A DNA stretch of 64,000 nt from Sphaerodactylus townsendi (Eukaryota). This document shows positions 48,470-60,954 of the stretch, piece by piece. The translations under genes were made by a program, and so were the position numbers. Under the pieces are notes generated by a model. It saw only the letters and a list, made by a program, of their open reading frames with translations. It had not been told where the DNA came from and did not search any database. The DNA lies in the NCBI RefSeq assembly GCF_021028975.2, contig NC_059435.1:13888001-13952000 (forward strand). The letters run 5' to 3'. Numbering within the stretch: the first letter of the stretch is position 1; each line of letters starts with the position of its first letter.

Positions 48470-48602
48470 TTGATGATTCCTCTTTAATATGCAACTTATC
48501 CCTGAAATCAGCCTCCCTCCCTAAAGACTGGAAGATGGCCAATGTCACACCAATCTTTAAGAAAGGGTCTAGGGGGGACCAAGGAAATTACCGGCCAGTC
48601 AC
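48470..48602 (+). mobile_element. CR1 RT fragment
   Basis: PKDWKMANVTPIFKKGSRGDQGNYRPV. Confidence 0.8.
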
Positions 48603-48931
48603 AAAGCTTTTCAGCTTCTTTTTGTTTATGGAAAGGAGTCCCTTTTACAGTTATATATCTTTTAACAATACAGTTATAACACAAACAACTACAACAACAA
48701 AACCTTTATTAGGCATAAGTTAAAATCTCTACAAACAATAATTCTGTACATGGGTACAGAAATAGTCTAATATCCGGGTTGTAATAAAATATTATATACA
48801 AAGAAACTATCGGATATACTGATGATACATTGTTTAGCGATCAAACCATTAAAATCCATTTACATTATGGAATGGCTCACTTATCTTTTTATAAAATCAC
48901 ATGTAAGCCCGTGTTTTTATAACTTATATAA

Positions 48932-51900
48932 CTACCTAAGCTCAGGTTTTTGGTAGCATTTGTTGTTTATTACTTTTGCTAAGAAAGTTGCAACCTTAAG
49001 AGTTATTTCAGGGGACCGATCATTTAGTAAGTAAAATACTATGTGTGTTGCAGGTAGGCTAGGTTTTGTTTTAAGAAGTGGAGTAATATAAATACTACGT
49101 ATAGAAGAGTAGAACTGACAGTTTAAAAAGATATATGCTGGATTGAATCCCACTTCATTTTAATGGAGCATGGGACACCTTCTCTCTGAGATTGGTATGC
49201 CTTGATATCGTCCTTCCATTACTTTAGAGGGGAAGGAGTTAAGCCTAACCAGCACTCAAAATGCTCTGCGTTGAGATGGATCGTCAAGACCCCTAGCAGA
49301 AAAAAAAATATTGGGCCATCTTGCCATGCAAAAGGGTTAATTTTAGCTTGATTCAAGGAGAGCAAACTTGGCTGGTTGTTGAGGGGTTGAAACTTTTGCT
49401 GTTCCACATCAAGGGATTCTTTTGTCTAAGGAGCCCTAAAAATGCGTCTTACTCATCATTTAAAAAAGAGATTCAAAAAATCTCAATGAGAAGCCCAAAG
49501 TTTTTATTTTAATTTCTAAGTTAGTTAGCCAGGTTGTACTCAGTGGGTCAGATTTAAAGTAGGATAGGAGCGAACTTTCTTTTGCCTTAAAGAACATTTT
49601 CAGCCAGAGATCTAAAAAAAGGTAATCCACGCTTTTGTTTCCACACAGTGCAAAACCCAGTTCCAAGATATATTACTGAGTTTTGGAACGCATTTTGGGA
49701 CTCCCAGGATTTTTCTGTAGAAAACAGACTGAATTTTTTTTTTTTCTACTCATATGGGCTCCAAAGTCTTGGACTCCATAAAGGGTGCTCCATACAATAA
49801 AGGGAGATATTATTTTTTGCTTCAAAGAGATTTTGGAGGCAGCTGGGATAATTTGATTTCCTTTGGCATAAAAAAAAATTGTGTAATTGGAATGGAGGAG
49901 CAATTGGCAGTTCTGATTAGTTTTGCTTTTGTGTTTTAGTCCATGCGTGTTAAGGGTTGTATTGGAATATTATGCCCAGGTAATTAAACTCCTTTACTTG
50001 GGATAGGGAGTTACCTTCAATTTTCCAGTTTTAGAACGGCTTCCAGCTTTTTTGAAAAAACTATAATTTTTTGGATTTGAGGTAATTTATGAACCAATCT
50101 GGTTTTGTTTGACAGTAATTGTGAAAAGCTTGTAAATATCTTAGAAGGCCAACTCTAGTTGAATGAAAGAGAATGTAGTAGTATCGTCAGCATATAGTAG
50201 CAAAGGAGTGTCTCTGGTGTCTAATTTTGGGGGATGGCCATTGTTGACAGTTTTATTGAGCACTGGTGCTAAATCATTTAGAAATAAATTAAATAGGTTA
50301 TTGGAGCCAGAATGCATCCCTGTCTCAGCCTTGAGTATTGATCGGGGAATTTTGGAGATAATTCACCTTTGTTTGTACATTTAACCTGGCTATAATTATC
50401 AGAATGAATTTTTTTTGATGAGAAATAATAAGCGGGCTCCATCTGCAGCTTTCCCTAAGTTTTTTTTCCCAAAGTTATATTCCTTTGGAGAGAGTCAAAG
50501 GCACTTTTCAAATCAATAAATGCCACATATAATTTCTTTGTACCCTCTGTCCTTCATATATTTATTTGCTAAAAATGCCAGAAGAAAACAGTGGTCTATG
50601 GTAGATTTGCCATCTGTAAACCCAATTTGTTCTTGGTCCTATAATTGAATACCTAAGGATCCAGGCCTTAAGAATCGCAGCTCTAGATGTTTTGTGTAGA
50701 GAGTTTGCCTATGATAGATAATAGGCTAATAGGCCTACTATAATTTTCTGGGAAATTTGGGTTTGCCTTGCTTTTAAATATAGGGACAATGATGGAGTTG
50801 GAGCCAAGCCTCCGGAATAATCTCCAAAGCGATCTATTATTAGGTGAAAAAAGGTTTGCTAATGGTGGGAGACCACCAGTTGAGAATATTGTTTACTAGA
50901 AGCTCAGCCATGGGAATGCCCGTCAGGACCAGGTGCTTTCAGGTTTTAATTCTTGTATTAGCTCTTCTACTTCTTCTGCATTGACAGGAGTCCATACAGG
51001 AAGCTGGTTTAAAGTATTGTTGTCAATCAGTTTTAGGGGTTCACTAGAAACATTAAAGATGGAACAGTAATGGTTATTCCAGATATGAGGAGGAATACTT
51101 ATGGAAGGTGTTTGTTCTTTCAGATTTAGATGTCTTGCGACAATTTGCCAGAAAGTTTTCCCATTTTTTGAATTTAAGGCAGTAGCTAGTTGGTTCCAAT
51201 TTTGTTGGTAGAAGGCATTTTTTTTTGGATAATTTTTCTTCGGAACATTATTTTTTGATTTAATAAGTTTTTGAGAGACTCATGATCATTAAATTTACAA
51301 AATTGATTATGCAGGTATCTTAATAGTTTCTTATCCGTGTTACACTCTGCATCAAACCATGAGCAGGAGAAACCTACCAGTTGTTAGATTTGCAGTCACT
51401 GGAGGGTTTTGCCAAAAGATTTTTAGTAAGTCTATCAGGTTGGAATAATGCTTAATTATACTTTCATTGGACTTAGAGGAGACTAGCTCAAATCTGACTT
51501 TGCCCGCTTCATCTGAATCAAGTAATGTTGACAGTTTTCCCCCAGTTTCCTCATTCCAGATGATCCTTTTTAGGGTACTAGATTCCGGACAAGACTGGTC
51601 TTGAGTGATTGGTTCTTGGGTATTATATTTATACAGAAGAGAAACTTCGATTGGTATGTGATCACTTTCAGTTCTATTTCCTGTAGAGAACATGTCAATT
51701 ATTTTAAGAGTCTCACAGGTACACAGGCCATAGTCAATTACGCTACAACCTTGTGGGGAAATAAATGTATATTCTTTAGAAGAAGGAAATTTGTCTAAGC
51801 CATTTAAAATTACTAGATTATTGGCCATACAGAATTCAATTAACCTGAATCCCGCCTTATTTATTTTACAATCATTTGAGTTCCTTGGGTAAGATAAGAC

Positions 51901-52444
51901 AGCAGGTAACTCGTCATTTTTATCAAGGTTCAGCTGGTTGATCAGCGACAGATTACTGGCACCTATTCTGGCATTAAAGTCGCCTAAAAGAAAAATTCGA
52001 GAGAGATAGTATTTTGACCTTAATTCAATCCTCAAATAGTTAGTTAGTTTTTCCTGCATTGAGAGGCACGACATTAGAATGAGAAGCACGACATATATAT
52101 ACATTTATAATAATCAAATTATAATCTTGTAGTTGAATTGAAATTGCTTGAGCTAGAGGGTTTAATGGAGGAATTGAAAGCACTTGTATAGAATGTTTAT
52201 ATAGAATAGCTAATCCTCCGCTGGGGCGTCCTCTGTCCGCATTTTTCTGGGCATATAGGTTCTGAGAAATGTAGCCATCAAGTTTTATATCTCTTGTTGC
52301 CCAAGTTTCTTGCAGCAGTAGACAGTCAAATAATTTCACATAATTCATAAAATCTGGGTCCGATTGCTTATTTTCCCATCCTGCAATGTTCCAAGAAAGT
52401 ATTTGAAGCTTAGGGAGTGGGGTGACTGATGTGGAAGTAGGTAG
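48932..52444 (-). pseudogene. ORF2 (APE endonuclease plus reverse transcriptase) of the RTE-X-like element, frameshifted in this assembly
   Basis: ORF pieces 52040..52348, 51352..52104 and later fragments carry APE, RT and C-terminal RCPC..HI.F.C..Y / KVATFL motifs. Confidence 0.85.
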
Positions 52445-54049
52445 TCAATCTTCATTTGTAATTTGACCTAAAAGGTTACAGGTGTCAAAGAACACACATC
52501 CTTTTGCTTGTTGAGGAGTAGGAATACTTGAAGCCTTTTGGATGGGGCTCGATAGTTCTAATATAGCACCTTTCTGTTGGGTTGATAATGTTGTTGAGGT
52601 ACACTCCATTCTTTCTGTGTGTTGTTCATTTTGTACCTGTTTTGGGGACTCGGTTTCCAACAGTTCCTGTGCCCATGATTTGCTTTTGGGGGGCATGTTA
52701 AAGTCCACATCTAATATTCTATTGACATGTAAATCCACTTCATAGTCAATTTGTTCATTCATGTATTGTTTGGTAGGGTTTAAACTGGATGCCGTGGGAG
52801 GCTGAGATGGATCAGAATGAGTATGGATCAGCAGTTCATCACACTTCTTTAATAGGTTGGAAGGACTTTCAGTATTGAGAAGTAGTTGTTCATCTGTCTC
52901 AGAGCATAGTAGATTTGATTTAGACGTCTCAGAATAATTTACAAGGTAACGTTCGATTGGATTGGGTAGCATATTTAGGTCCACCTTGTCATCTGGTTCA
53001 ATAGCCCTGGTCTCAGTCTGTAGAGCAGTGGCAGGCTCTTTAGTAGTTGCAGCACTTAAGGCTTGGGCCACCCAAGGTTCAGGATTAAGGCTCTGAGGCC
53101 TGGGGTCCGACTTCACATGAGGTCCTCTATCAGGCAAACCGTTGTCCTTAACAACTCTGTCAACTTTAGTTTTGTAGATGAACGGTGTGATGTTCGCATT
53201 GGTAAACACACGTGTTGGACGGATCCTTTTCTGGGCAAGGGCCTGCAATTGATCTAATAATAGCCTTGGTATGGTTTCAGAGCCAAAAGTAAGAATGACT
53301 CTTTGTGGGTCATGCTCATATAGATTATGAATTTGGTCAAGCACTTTAGTTTCCAATAGGTCAATAATAGAGCTAGTCTTTTTTTTTAGTAAGATGCTGA
53401 GATGTCTTTTTGCCAGGTTTAAAGGAGCCCATATGGGTCTGACACCACGGTAATTATATACATAACAGCATACTTTGTTCTTCTCTAAAAGTAAACACTG
53501 AGTATCAATAGTGCTTTTATAAAACATTCTGGGTACAGGTTGGCTTACCCTGTTCGTGGTTAGCAGAGCTTTTTTAACAGTAGATAGCTGGTCATTGATG
53601 TTATTAAATTCACTAAAGATGTTTTTAAGAGTTCTTGCCACAAGATGGCATAGTTCATGGGTGCTGGGTACATCTGATATTGTTATTGGGAAGTTGTCTT
53701 CGATATTATTAGGGTTAGCCATCGGGTTTCCTGCAGTAAGATTAGATGCACAGTCTTCCGAGTTCTCTCTGCTGATTAAGGGGATAGGGTTACATTGAGT
53801 GGGTTTTTCCATGCCCTCCCATTCACAGTCACGTTCACCCAATCTGTGCTCTAGTTCTAGTAGAGAAAAACTGTTTGAAGTTGGAGTCAAAATAGTCGTT
53901 TTCTGTGCCGAGGTTAGATCATTTGTAACAAGAAAATCTCCTATTTTGAGTTGTTTACACAGTGGAGTGGAGATTAGCTCTGTCTCTTCCAGGTCTCTCT
54001 GCCTTTTTTTCCCGAGGCATTTCTCTATCAGGTTTATTAGCAGGGAAGA
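52445..54049 (-). CDS. ORF1 of the RTE-X-like element (frame open from ~54049; start codon uncertain)
   Basis: 481-aa ORF whose frame extends upstream through GKKRQRD...KQLKIGDF; ends at TGA 52447-52445 directly before the APE domain. Confidence 0.75.
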   Translation of the reverse strand, partial: SSLLINLIEKCLGKKRQRDLEETELISTPLCKQLKIGDFLVTNDLTSAQKTTILTPTSNSFSLLELEHRLGERDCEWEGMEKPTQCNPIPLISRENSEDCASNLTAGNPMANPNNIEDNFPITISDVPSTHELCHLVARTLKNIFSEFNNINDQLSTVKKALLTTNRVSQPVPRMFYKSTIDTQCLLLEKNKVCCYVYNYRGVRPIWAPLNLAKRHLSILLKKKTSSIIDLLETKVLDQIHNLYEHDPQRVILTFGSETIPRLLLDQLQALAQKRIRPTRVFTNANITPFIYKTKVDRVVKDNGLPDRGPHVKSDPRPQSLNPEPWVAQALSAATTKEPATALQTETRAIEPDDKVDLNMLPNPIERYLVNYSETSKSNLLCSETDEQLLLNTESPSNLLKKCDELLIHTHSDPSQPPTASSLNPTKQYMNEQIDYEVDLHVNRILDVDFNMPPKSKSWAQELLETESPKQVQNEQHTERMECTSTTLSTQQKGAILELSSPIQKASSIPTPQQAKGCVFFDTCNLLGQITNED

Positions 54050-55042
54050 TTAGGGCATATAATTCAGAATCTTCAGAATATGATAGAGACTAAATAGGTC
54101 TGCATTAGTAGGTTATAAACAACAATTAGCAGGCTGTTGTGCTTTGTAAAGGTAGTTGCACTGGCTATATTAGCTGGCGTTAAAATTAAAGAGAGGCGTT
54201 GGCTTATGCACTCCTCCGTTTTCGGCTTATCTAGGCTTTCTAGCTGTTTATTATAGCTTGGTATCAGTAGACAGAGCTTCAAAGCCTTCAGTTGTCTGCT
54301 AACAAGAAGCAGAAGTGGCAAAAGGAGATAAAAGCAGTCACGGCGAAGCCCTGAGGTTTGGTATATTTAAGCTGAATAAGGAGTTTTTCAACCGACCTGC
54401 AGCCGCGACACCATCTTCAATTTCCCCCCGAACTATCTTATAACACAAATCATATTATGTTTAGCACACACACTTGAACAAAGGGAAGAAAAATTTGAGC
54501 TAGGTTGCCGTCAACTCCCTTCCAAAACTGGAACATAGCTTCTCTTCTCACAGTTAGAAAAGGGTAAATCATTTGTCTCCCTTATTTATGCAATATCTTT
54601 AAACAAGTGAGCCTACAATCTCTTGTTACTTCTGTGTAACTTAATTCCATAAGGCTTTCTCTTTCAAAGCTATTTGGAAACAAAGAGCCTGCCAAGAAAT
54701 ACTATGTTGGTTACTGGAGGCTTCACTCTTTAAGTCTGAAAATTTTTAGATTTTAAAAGGTACACAGACGTGCTCCAGTTCCCCAGTTTTCCTTTCTTCC
54801 TGCAGCTGTTAAAAGACTGGTCTCTGGTACTAAACTTTTGTCTGGAATTCTTGCTCTTTGAAAACTGGGTACAAGGCTACATCATCTAAGAAAACTGAGG
54901 CACATATTTAGCAAAACACAGCCTTCAAGGCATAAAAGTGAAAAGTTACTGCAAAATAGGCAATTTTCTCAAAGGATGGTAGGAAACAGACTTTAAACAG
55001 TCAGGGAGGGAGGTGAAGATGCTCCCTGTTAAGACGCTAAAG

Positions 55043-55801
55043 CAGGGGTCCCCAAACTTTTTAAACAGGGGACCAGTTCACTGTCCCTCAGACTGTTGGA
55101 GGGCCGGACTAAAAAAAACTATGAACAAATTCCTATGCACAAATGATTGTAAAATGTTTGATTTCACCTTTCAGCCTTTCTGTCATGGTCTATTTTTAGA
55201 ACAGTGACCAAAGTATGTCAAGTACAGGGTGGGCTCCAAATATTGTTGGGGAGGCTGTGGAATACCTTCCCCTGTAGAAAAAGCAGAACTTTCCCAATGA
55301 AGCATTCCATCTAACCCAGGATTAGATATCTTCCTGGGTTCTTCCTCCCTAGCAGCCAGCAAGCGATTCACCAGCCTGGCTGATGCCAATGGGAGTGAGG
55401 CGGAACAGAAAGCCTGAGAGCAACACATGGAGTAGCCGAGAGGGAAGGGCGGAGCAGGAGTTGCCACGTGTAAGGTTTCCAACTCTGGGTCAGAAAATTC
55501 ATGGAGATTTGAGGGTGCCATCATGTAATTGCAATCAACATTTTTCTCCTTCTCTCATACTGTACACCGCCCTGAGCCCCTCGGGGGAGGGCGGTTTATA
55601 ACCCCAAAAAATAATAAATAAATAAATAAATAAATAAATAAACAAACAAACAAACAAACAAACAGCTGTTGGGGCCGGTTCCTCCTCTCCCTCGAGCCCC
55701 CGCTGCACATGAATGGAGCCGTCGCCGCCATGCCTGGCGGGCCGGATAAATGCCTTCAGGGGGCCACATTTGGCCCCCGGGCCGTAGTTTGGGGACCCCT
55801 G
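55043..55801. mobile_element. Non-autonomous hAT, OposCharlie1(OC1)/nhAT-like ends, with unrelated internal sequence
   Basis: Perfect 16-bp TIRs CAGGGGTCCCCAAACT / AGTTTGGGGACCCCTG; 8-bp TSD CGCTAAAG (55035-55042, 55802-55809). Confidence 0.9.
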
Positions 55802-55959
55802 CGCTAAAGAGTCCATTCTGCCTGGCACAAAGCTTCTAACTTGCTTTTAGATCCTGCACCCTTGCATTTTAGAATTTTCCAATTAAACAAGACATAGGCT
55901 AGGGCTGAGTCCGTCGACAGGGGTTCCTTCTTCTGCTTTTTAGAAAACCAAATCATGAC

Positions 55960-58800
55960 TAGAAGGTCAGGAAACCCACGCAGCCGATCAGCCTGTGTTG
56001 AAAGTGAGCTCACGGTGTCTCAGACCCTTAACTGGAATTTGATACTAAGGCCAGCTAATCTGCACCTTAACCCACACCAATCCTTCCATGTGGGCTAGTC
56101 CATCACACCTCCTATTTATTTCTTGCCTCAAAACGTTTTGGTTATGCAGAAAGGGCTCTGTATTAGAGAATTCCAGAGGAACTGGCTTCAGACCTGGACG
56201 GGGAGTATTATGTGCTGAATTTCTGCTGAAGCAAACAAAGAAATAGAGATGTGTTGCTGGTTTGCTAACAGGCTGACTGGAAGGAGATTGAGTTCTATAG
56301 CCAATGGGCAGTTAAAAACCGTTAGGATGGGGAAAGGCATAAGAGGCAGCCCAAAGCACATCTGTTAACTGGTATTTGTGTGCTGAGTCCTGAGGAAACT
56401 ATAAACATCTGAAAGTCTTTTAATAAATCGTAATAGCCAGTTTTGGTCAAAACATGATTCACTGGCAATGGGCTTTGAGAAGGAGGATCCCAGCTACAGG
56501 CTAAATGGCAAATAAGGGAAGAGGAGACCGTTTGAATTTGAACCCCTTTCCTTTCCTCCCTGCAGCTCACCAACCCCCATGACTATGACTGTGTGGCCAT
56601 TACTCCCTTCACCTCTGACCTCTGATATTATTGCATCAGATGTAACCACCAGCCCCTATGCCGGTATTTTGGTCACAGAGCAGGTGACAGGATCTGAACA
56701 AAAATCATTTTCTATAAACAGTCCATGTCTGCCATAAAGCTGTAAGCTGTCAGCACGTAGCTAACACTCAGCAGAATAGAAAAGAGGACTCCGTTGTATT
56801 AGGTCACAGAAGTAACAAAACAAAAGGTCTTTCTCTAGGCCAGCTTCTTTGGCAATATTCGTTTGCAAGATAAGAGCCTGTCAGAAATGTGTGTGTGTTC
56901 TTTGTTCATTATACCAACTGTATGGGAATAATGAAGCTTCTGACATGTTGAAAGTATCCGTAAATGTTCTGGCTTAGTACGCCTTTTATTCTTGGCTTGC
57001 ATCCTGAAAAATGCTTTAAAAAGCTCTGATACTTGTCATTCTGTGAGATTTTTCTCTTGGTGCTGATCAGACCCTTTTAATCTGAATAAAATTTAATTCT
57101 ACTTGGTTTTGTTTTTTGCTTTACTGATCTAAACTTGCTATCCTGGCTTAAGGCAGACCCTGCCTTCCATTGAGGTAAAAAAGGGAACTTCTCTCTCTGT
57201 GCTAACAGGTTTTCCTATAGAGGCTGATTGGAACTTAGGTCCTGTCTCTTGTAAGACTGATTGGGATCTGAAAACAGGTTTTAAATAAAAGGAAAGATTT
57301 CATTGTCTTCCATTGAGACTGGGTGAAATCTAAATTGGGACATATTAAAAGGAAAGATTCCTGTCTTCCATTGAGACTGTTTGGAATCTAGGGTCTGTGC
57401 TAACACAAAAAAAGAAAAAGAGATGTGTTGCTGGTTTGCTAATGTAACAACGGAGTAACGAATTTAAAATAAATAAGCCCAAAGAAGCTCAAGCCGATAC
57501 AGAATAAAATCAAAGAGATCTTTATTCGGCCAACTGCGGGCAAGACAATATCAGGGGAGCCACACCTAAAAAGGCGGTGCGTTCTCACTTTTAGAGTATT
57601 AATGACAATCTATATCAAAATGGCAGCATATACCCCAAAATGCCCACATTCATCAATCAATCACAAAAAGTTGGAGATTTTCCCTGTTCCCACAGCCCTT
57701 TGGGGTTGTCCAAGATCCTCATTGGAAGATGTCAGTATTTCACTCTTTGACGTTATGTGAATCAAAAACCCTTGTTTCTCTTATCATGTATGTTTCAAGT
57801 TGCTCTATTCCTTTAGACAAAGAGTCTGAGCTTTCTCATAGGCCTTCTTATTGTTCTCAGGAAAAAAGCAACTTTTGAGGTATCTCTTGGGTACAACAGG
57901 ATCTTAAAAACAGTTTAGCTTGCACATTTTGTATAATTGTGAAGAATGGGACATTTTTGGAGTTATTAGGCTAAGCTGGCAATAGAAAAGAATAGGTTTA
58001 AGGCCTGCATGATTTCTTTGGTCAGCAGCTTTATGGTTGCCATCTTTCCATTATAGGAAAAATAATGGAAGGAAGGAAGACATAATCTTTCTGGTTGAAT
58101 CTAAAACCCTCTTCCTCTGACTTTCTACCACTTGCTCTGACTTTCTACTTATGTTTCTTCTGCGCCTGCACTAGCAGGCTGACTGGAAGGAGGCTGAGTT
58201 CTATAGCCAATGGGCAGTTAAAAACCGTTAGGATGGGGAAAGGCATAAGAGGCAGTCCAAAGCACATCTGTTAACTAGTATTTGTGTGCTGAGTCCTGGG
58301 GAAACGATAAACATCTGAAAGTCTTTTAATAAATCTTAATGGCCAGCTCTGGTCAAAACATGATTCACTGATAATGGATTTTGAGGAGGAGGATCCCAGC
58401 CACAGGCAAAATGGCCAATGAGGGAGGAAGAGACCGTTTGCATTTGAACCCCTTTTCCTTCCTCCCTGCAACCCACCAATGCCCATGGCTATGACTGTGT
58501 GGCCATTACTCCTTTTACCCCTGACTTGGAGGGCCAAGGCTAGCCCAACCCCACCAGGTCTCAGAAGCTGAGGGTGATAGGGCACAATAACGGGTGTCAG
58601 CTGGATTGTCTCGATGCTACTGCCCCTTGGACTGGAATTCTGAGAAATGGAGGTGGCAGTTAGAGATGACCGTTAGCAGGCTTCAGTGCTGAAGGGATTT
58701 TGGTTCTGAACGTGTTTTTGTTCATATTTGGTGTGTTCTTAAGAAATAAAAGTCAACGTTTTCTACACATCTTGTCTTTCCCCCTGATTGGAGTGTAACA
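55960..58800 (+). mobile_element. Nested LTR cluster: two partial copies of the 46075-47363 LTR family plus other LTR-like inserts
   Basis: 55960-56620 and 57418-57442/58175-58800 align to 46088-47363. Confidence 0.7.
57443..58170 (-). mobile_element. Solo LTR nested in another LTR
   Basis: TGTAACA...TGCA termini; 4-bp TSD CTAA/CTAG; the host reads GGTTTGCTAA|CAGGCTGACTGG once it is removed; minus-strand AATAAA at ~57521. Confidence 0.75.
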
Positions 58801-59228
58801 TAACCAGAATGTTGAGCTGGGTCAGACATAAAAGGATGATGTTTAACAAAACATGCAAATCAGTATGAAACAACATACTTTGATGTGCATGAGAGTTATG
58901 AGAAATCAATCTTAGAGTCTCTGTGCAATTTCTGTGTTGTCATGATTTTGTATGTATTTAAGTTTAAATGCATTGCTTTCCAAAGCTTTTGAAAACACGT
59001 AAGCTAAGAACACTGGAATTGAACCATTGTAAGAGCCTTTGGTCGGCGTTTTGTGTCTCAGTGGCAACTACTGTTGATGATTTAAACCAAAGAAATATTT
59101 TGCTGACTGAAACGTAGTTCACAGGGTGTCAGTCATGGTAATGACGTAGGCCTGCGCCGTTTTCAATGTCTCGAAAAAGCTTTCCCCCCCATAGTCTTGA
59201 TTACAAAAAAGAGTATGATTTCTCTGTC

Positions 59229-60410
59229 AGCCAGTCCTCCTTCTTTGGTACTAGAACATGCTGTTAAACTGAATAAAATTAATTGATTCATTCAAAGCCT
59301 CTTGTCTCCAGGAATGGTGGCTCAGTAACGTCGTACCCCAAAGCCTGGGTGTGGGGGGAGCCACCTACAATGGAGGCTGGATGGCAAGAAAGGGAGATTA
59401 CAAGTGTATGTGTTTTATCACAGTTTGTGGTCAGGGGAACCATTTGTGATCAGGGTGTCCAGTTAACATTTTGAACTCCCTTCCATCCCCACCCCACCCT
59501 TCATTCTTCTCCCTCCCAATTCCTATCAGGATATACCACAGAGTCGGGGTGTTAGAAATGTCCAGCTTCCCCCCACCCCCAAGGAGCATGTGCTACAGCC
59601 ACAGACATACTTTTAATTCACAGGTCTCCTACCAGGAGTGGGGCAACTGGGGCTACTTTAAGGAACAGCCAAACCACCCCCCCCCCCAAGTGAAATAGAA
59701 AACTTGAGGATTTGAACACTTAAGAACATAAGAACATAAGAACTAGCCTGCTGGATCAGACCAGAGTCCATCTAGTCCAGCACTCTGCTACTCGCAGTGG
59801 CCCACCAGGTGCCTTTGGGAGCTCACGTGCAGGATGTGAAAGCAATGGCCTTCTGCTGCTGCTGCTGCTGCTCCTGAGCACCTGGTCTGCTAAGGCATTT
59901 GCAACCTCAGATCAAGGAGGATCAAGATTGGTAGCCAGTCCTCCTTCTTTGGTACTAGAACACGCTGTTAAATTTAATACAATTAATTGATTAATTCAAA
60001 GCCTCTTGTCTCCTGGAATGGTGGCTCAGTAACATTGTACCTGGTGGGGAGAGCCACCTAAAATGGAGGATGGACGGCAAGAAAGGGAGATTACAAGTGT
60101 ATGTGTTTTATCACAGTTTGTGGTTAGAGGAACCATTTGTGATCAGGGTGGCCAGTTAACATTTTGAACTCCCTTCCATCTCCACCCCACCCTTCATTCT
60201 TCTCCCTCCCAATTCCTATCAGGATATACCACAGAGTCGGGGTGTTAGAAATGTCCAGCTTCCCCCCACCCCCAAGGAGCATGTGCTACAGCCACAGACA
60301 TACTTTTAATTCACAGGTCTCCTGCCAGGAGTGTGGCAACTGGGGCTACTTTAAGGAACAGCCAAACCACCCCCCCCAGTAAAATGGAAAACTTGAGGAT
60401 TTGAACACTT
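59229..60410. repeat. ~490-bp direct duplication (59229-59721, 59933-60410) around a CR1 3' end; third partial copy at ~61025-61115
   Basis: Near-identical ORFs 59471..59698 and 60164..60382. Confidence 0.9.
59722..59932 (-). mobile_element. CR1 LINE 3' end
   Basis: Minus-strand CTGGTCTGATCCAGCAGG..(TTCTTATG)n 8-bp repeat tail typical of CR1. Confidence 0.85.
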
Positions 60411-60677
60411 CACTGGTTTCAATTTTTATTTCCCCCCCCCCCATTAAGTTTAACAAACTATCAACAATCTAGCTCCGCGGGGGGGACTCTCCCATCTCTC
60501 CTTCCCCTTTTTCTTTTACACTTATGTGTGGGTGTGGGTGCGTGTGCATGCACGCTCATGTGCCTGTCCTGGTTGTATGACCCATGGAAGCTAATTTTAC
60601 TTCGAAGATCAGCACCATAAAAAAAACTGCGGGGGGGGGGGGGAGTGCCCAAAATCGATGTTTGTATCAGGAAGGAA

Positions 60678-60954
60678 GGAAGAAGAAGAGTTGGATTTAT
60701 ATCCCCGCTTTCTGCTTACAAGCTCCTTTCCCTTCCCCCCTCACAACAAACACCCTGTGAGGCAGGTGGGGCTGAGAGAGCTCCGAAGAACTGTGACTAG
60801 CCCAAGGTCACCCAGCTGGCGTGTGTGGGAGTGCACAGGCTAATCCGAATTCCCCAGATAAGCCTCCACAGCTCAGGCGGCAGAGCGGGGAATCAAACCC
60901 GGTTCCTCCAGATTAGAATGCTCCTGCTCTTAACCACTACGCCACTGCTGCTCC
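60678..60954 (-). mobile_element. tRNA-derived squamate SINE (Squam3-like)
   Basis: Minus-strand A box TGGCGTAGTGG, B box GGTTTGATTCC, CORE-like GGGTGACCTTGGGCTAGTCAC, (CTT)n tail. Confidence 0.85.

Larger units (their letters stand above)
48686..54437 (-). mobile_element. Full-length two-ORF non-LTR retrotransposon, RTE-X-like
   Basis: 12-bp TSD TTATAACACAAA (48674-48685, 54438-54449); 5' AAGATGG motif; tail AATAAAGGTTT(TGT)n; APE motifs ILSWNIAG, LQETW, GRPSGG, GDFNAR, SVIDY, SDH; RT motifs KAPGPDG, QIGF, AFIDLK, LLYADD. Confidence 0.88.

Noticed and set aside
60860-60954. tRNA gene
   Set aside because: The A and B boxes belong to a SINE head with body and tail; no complete cloverleaf.
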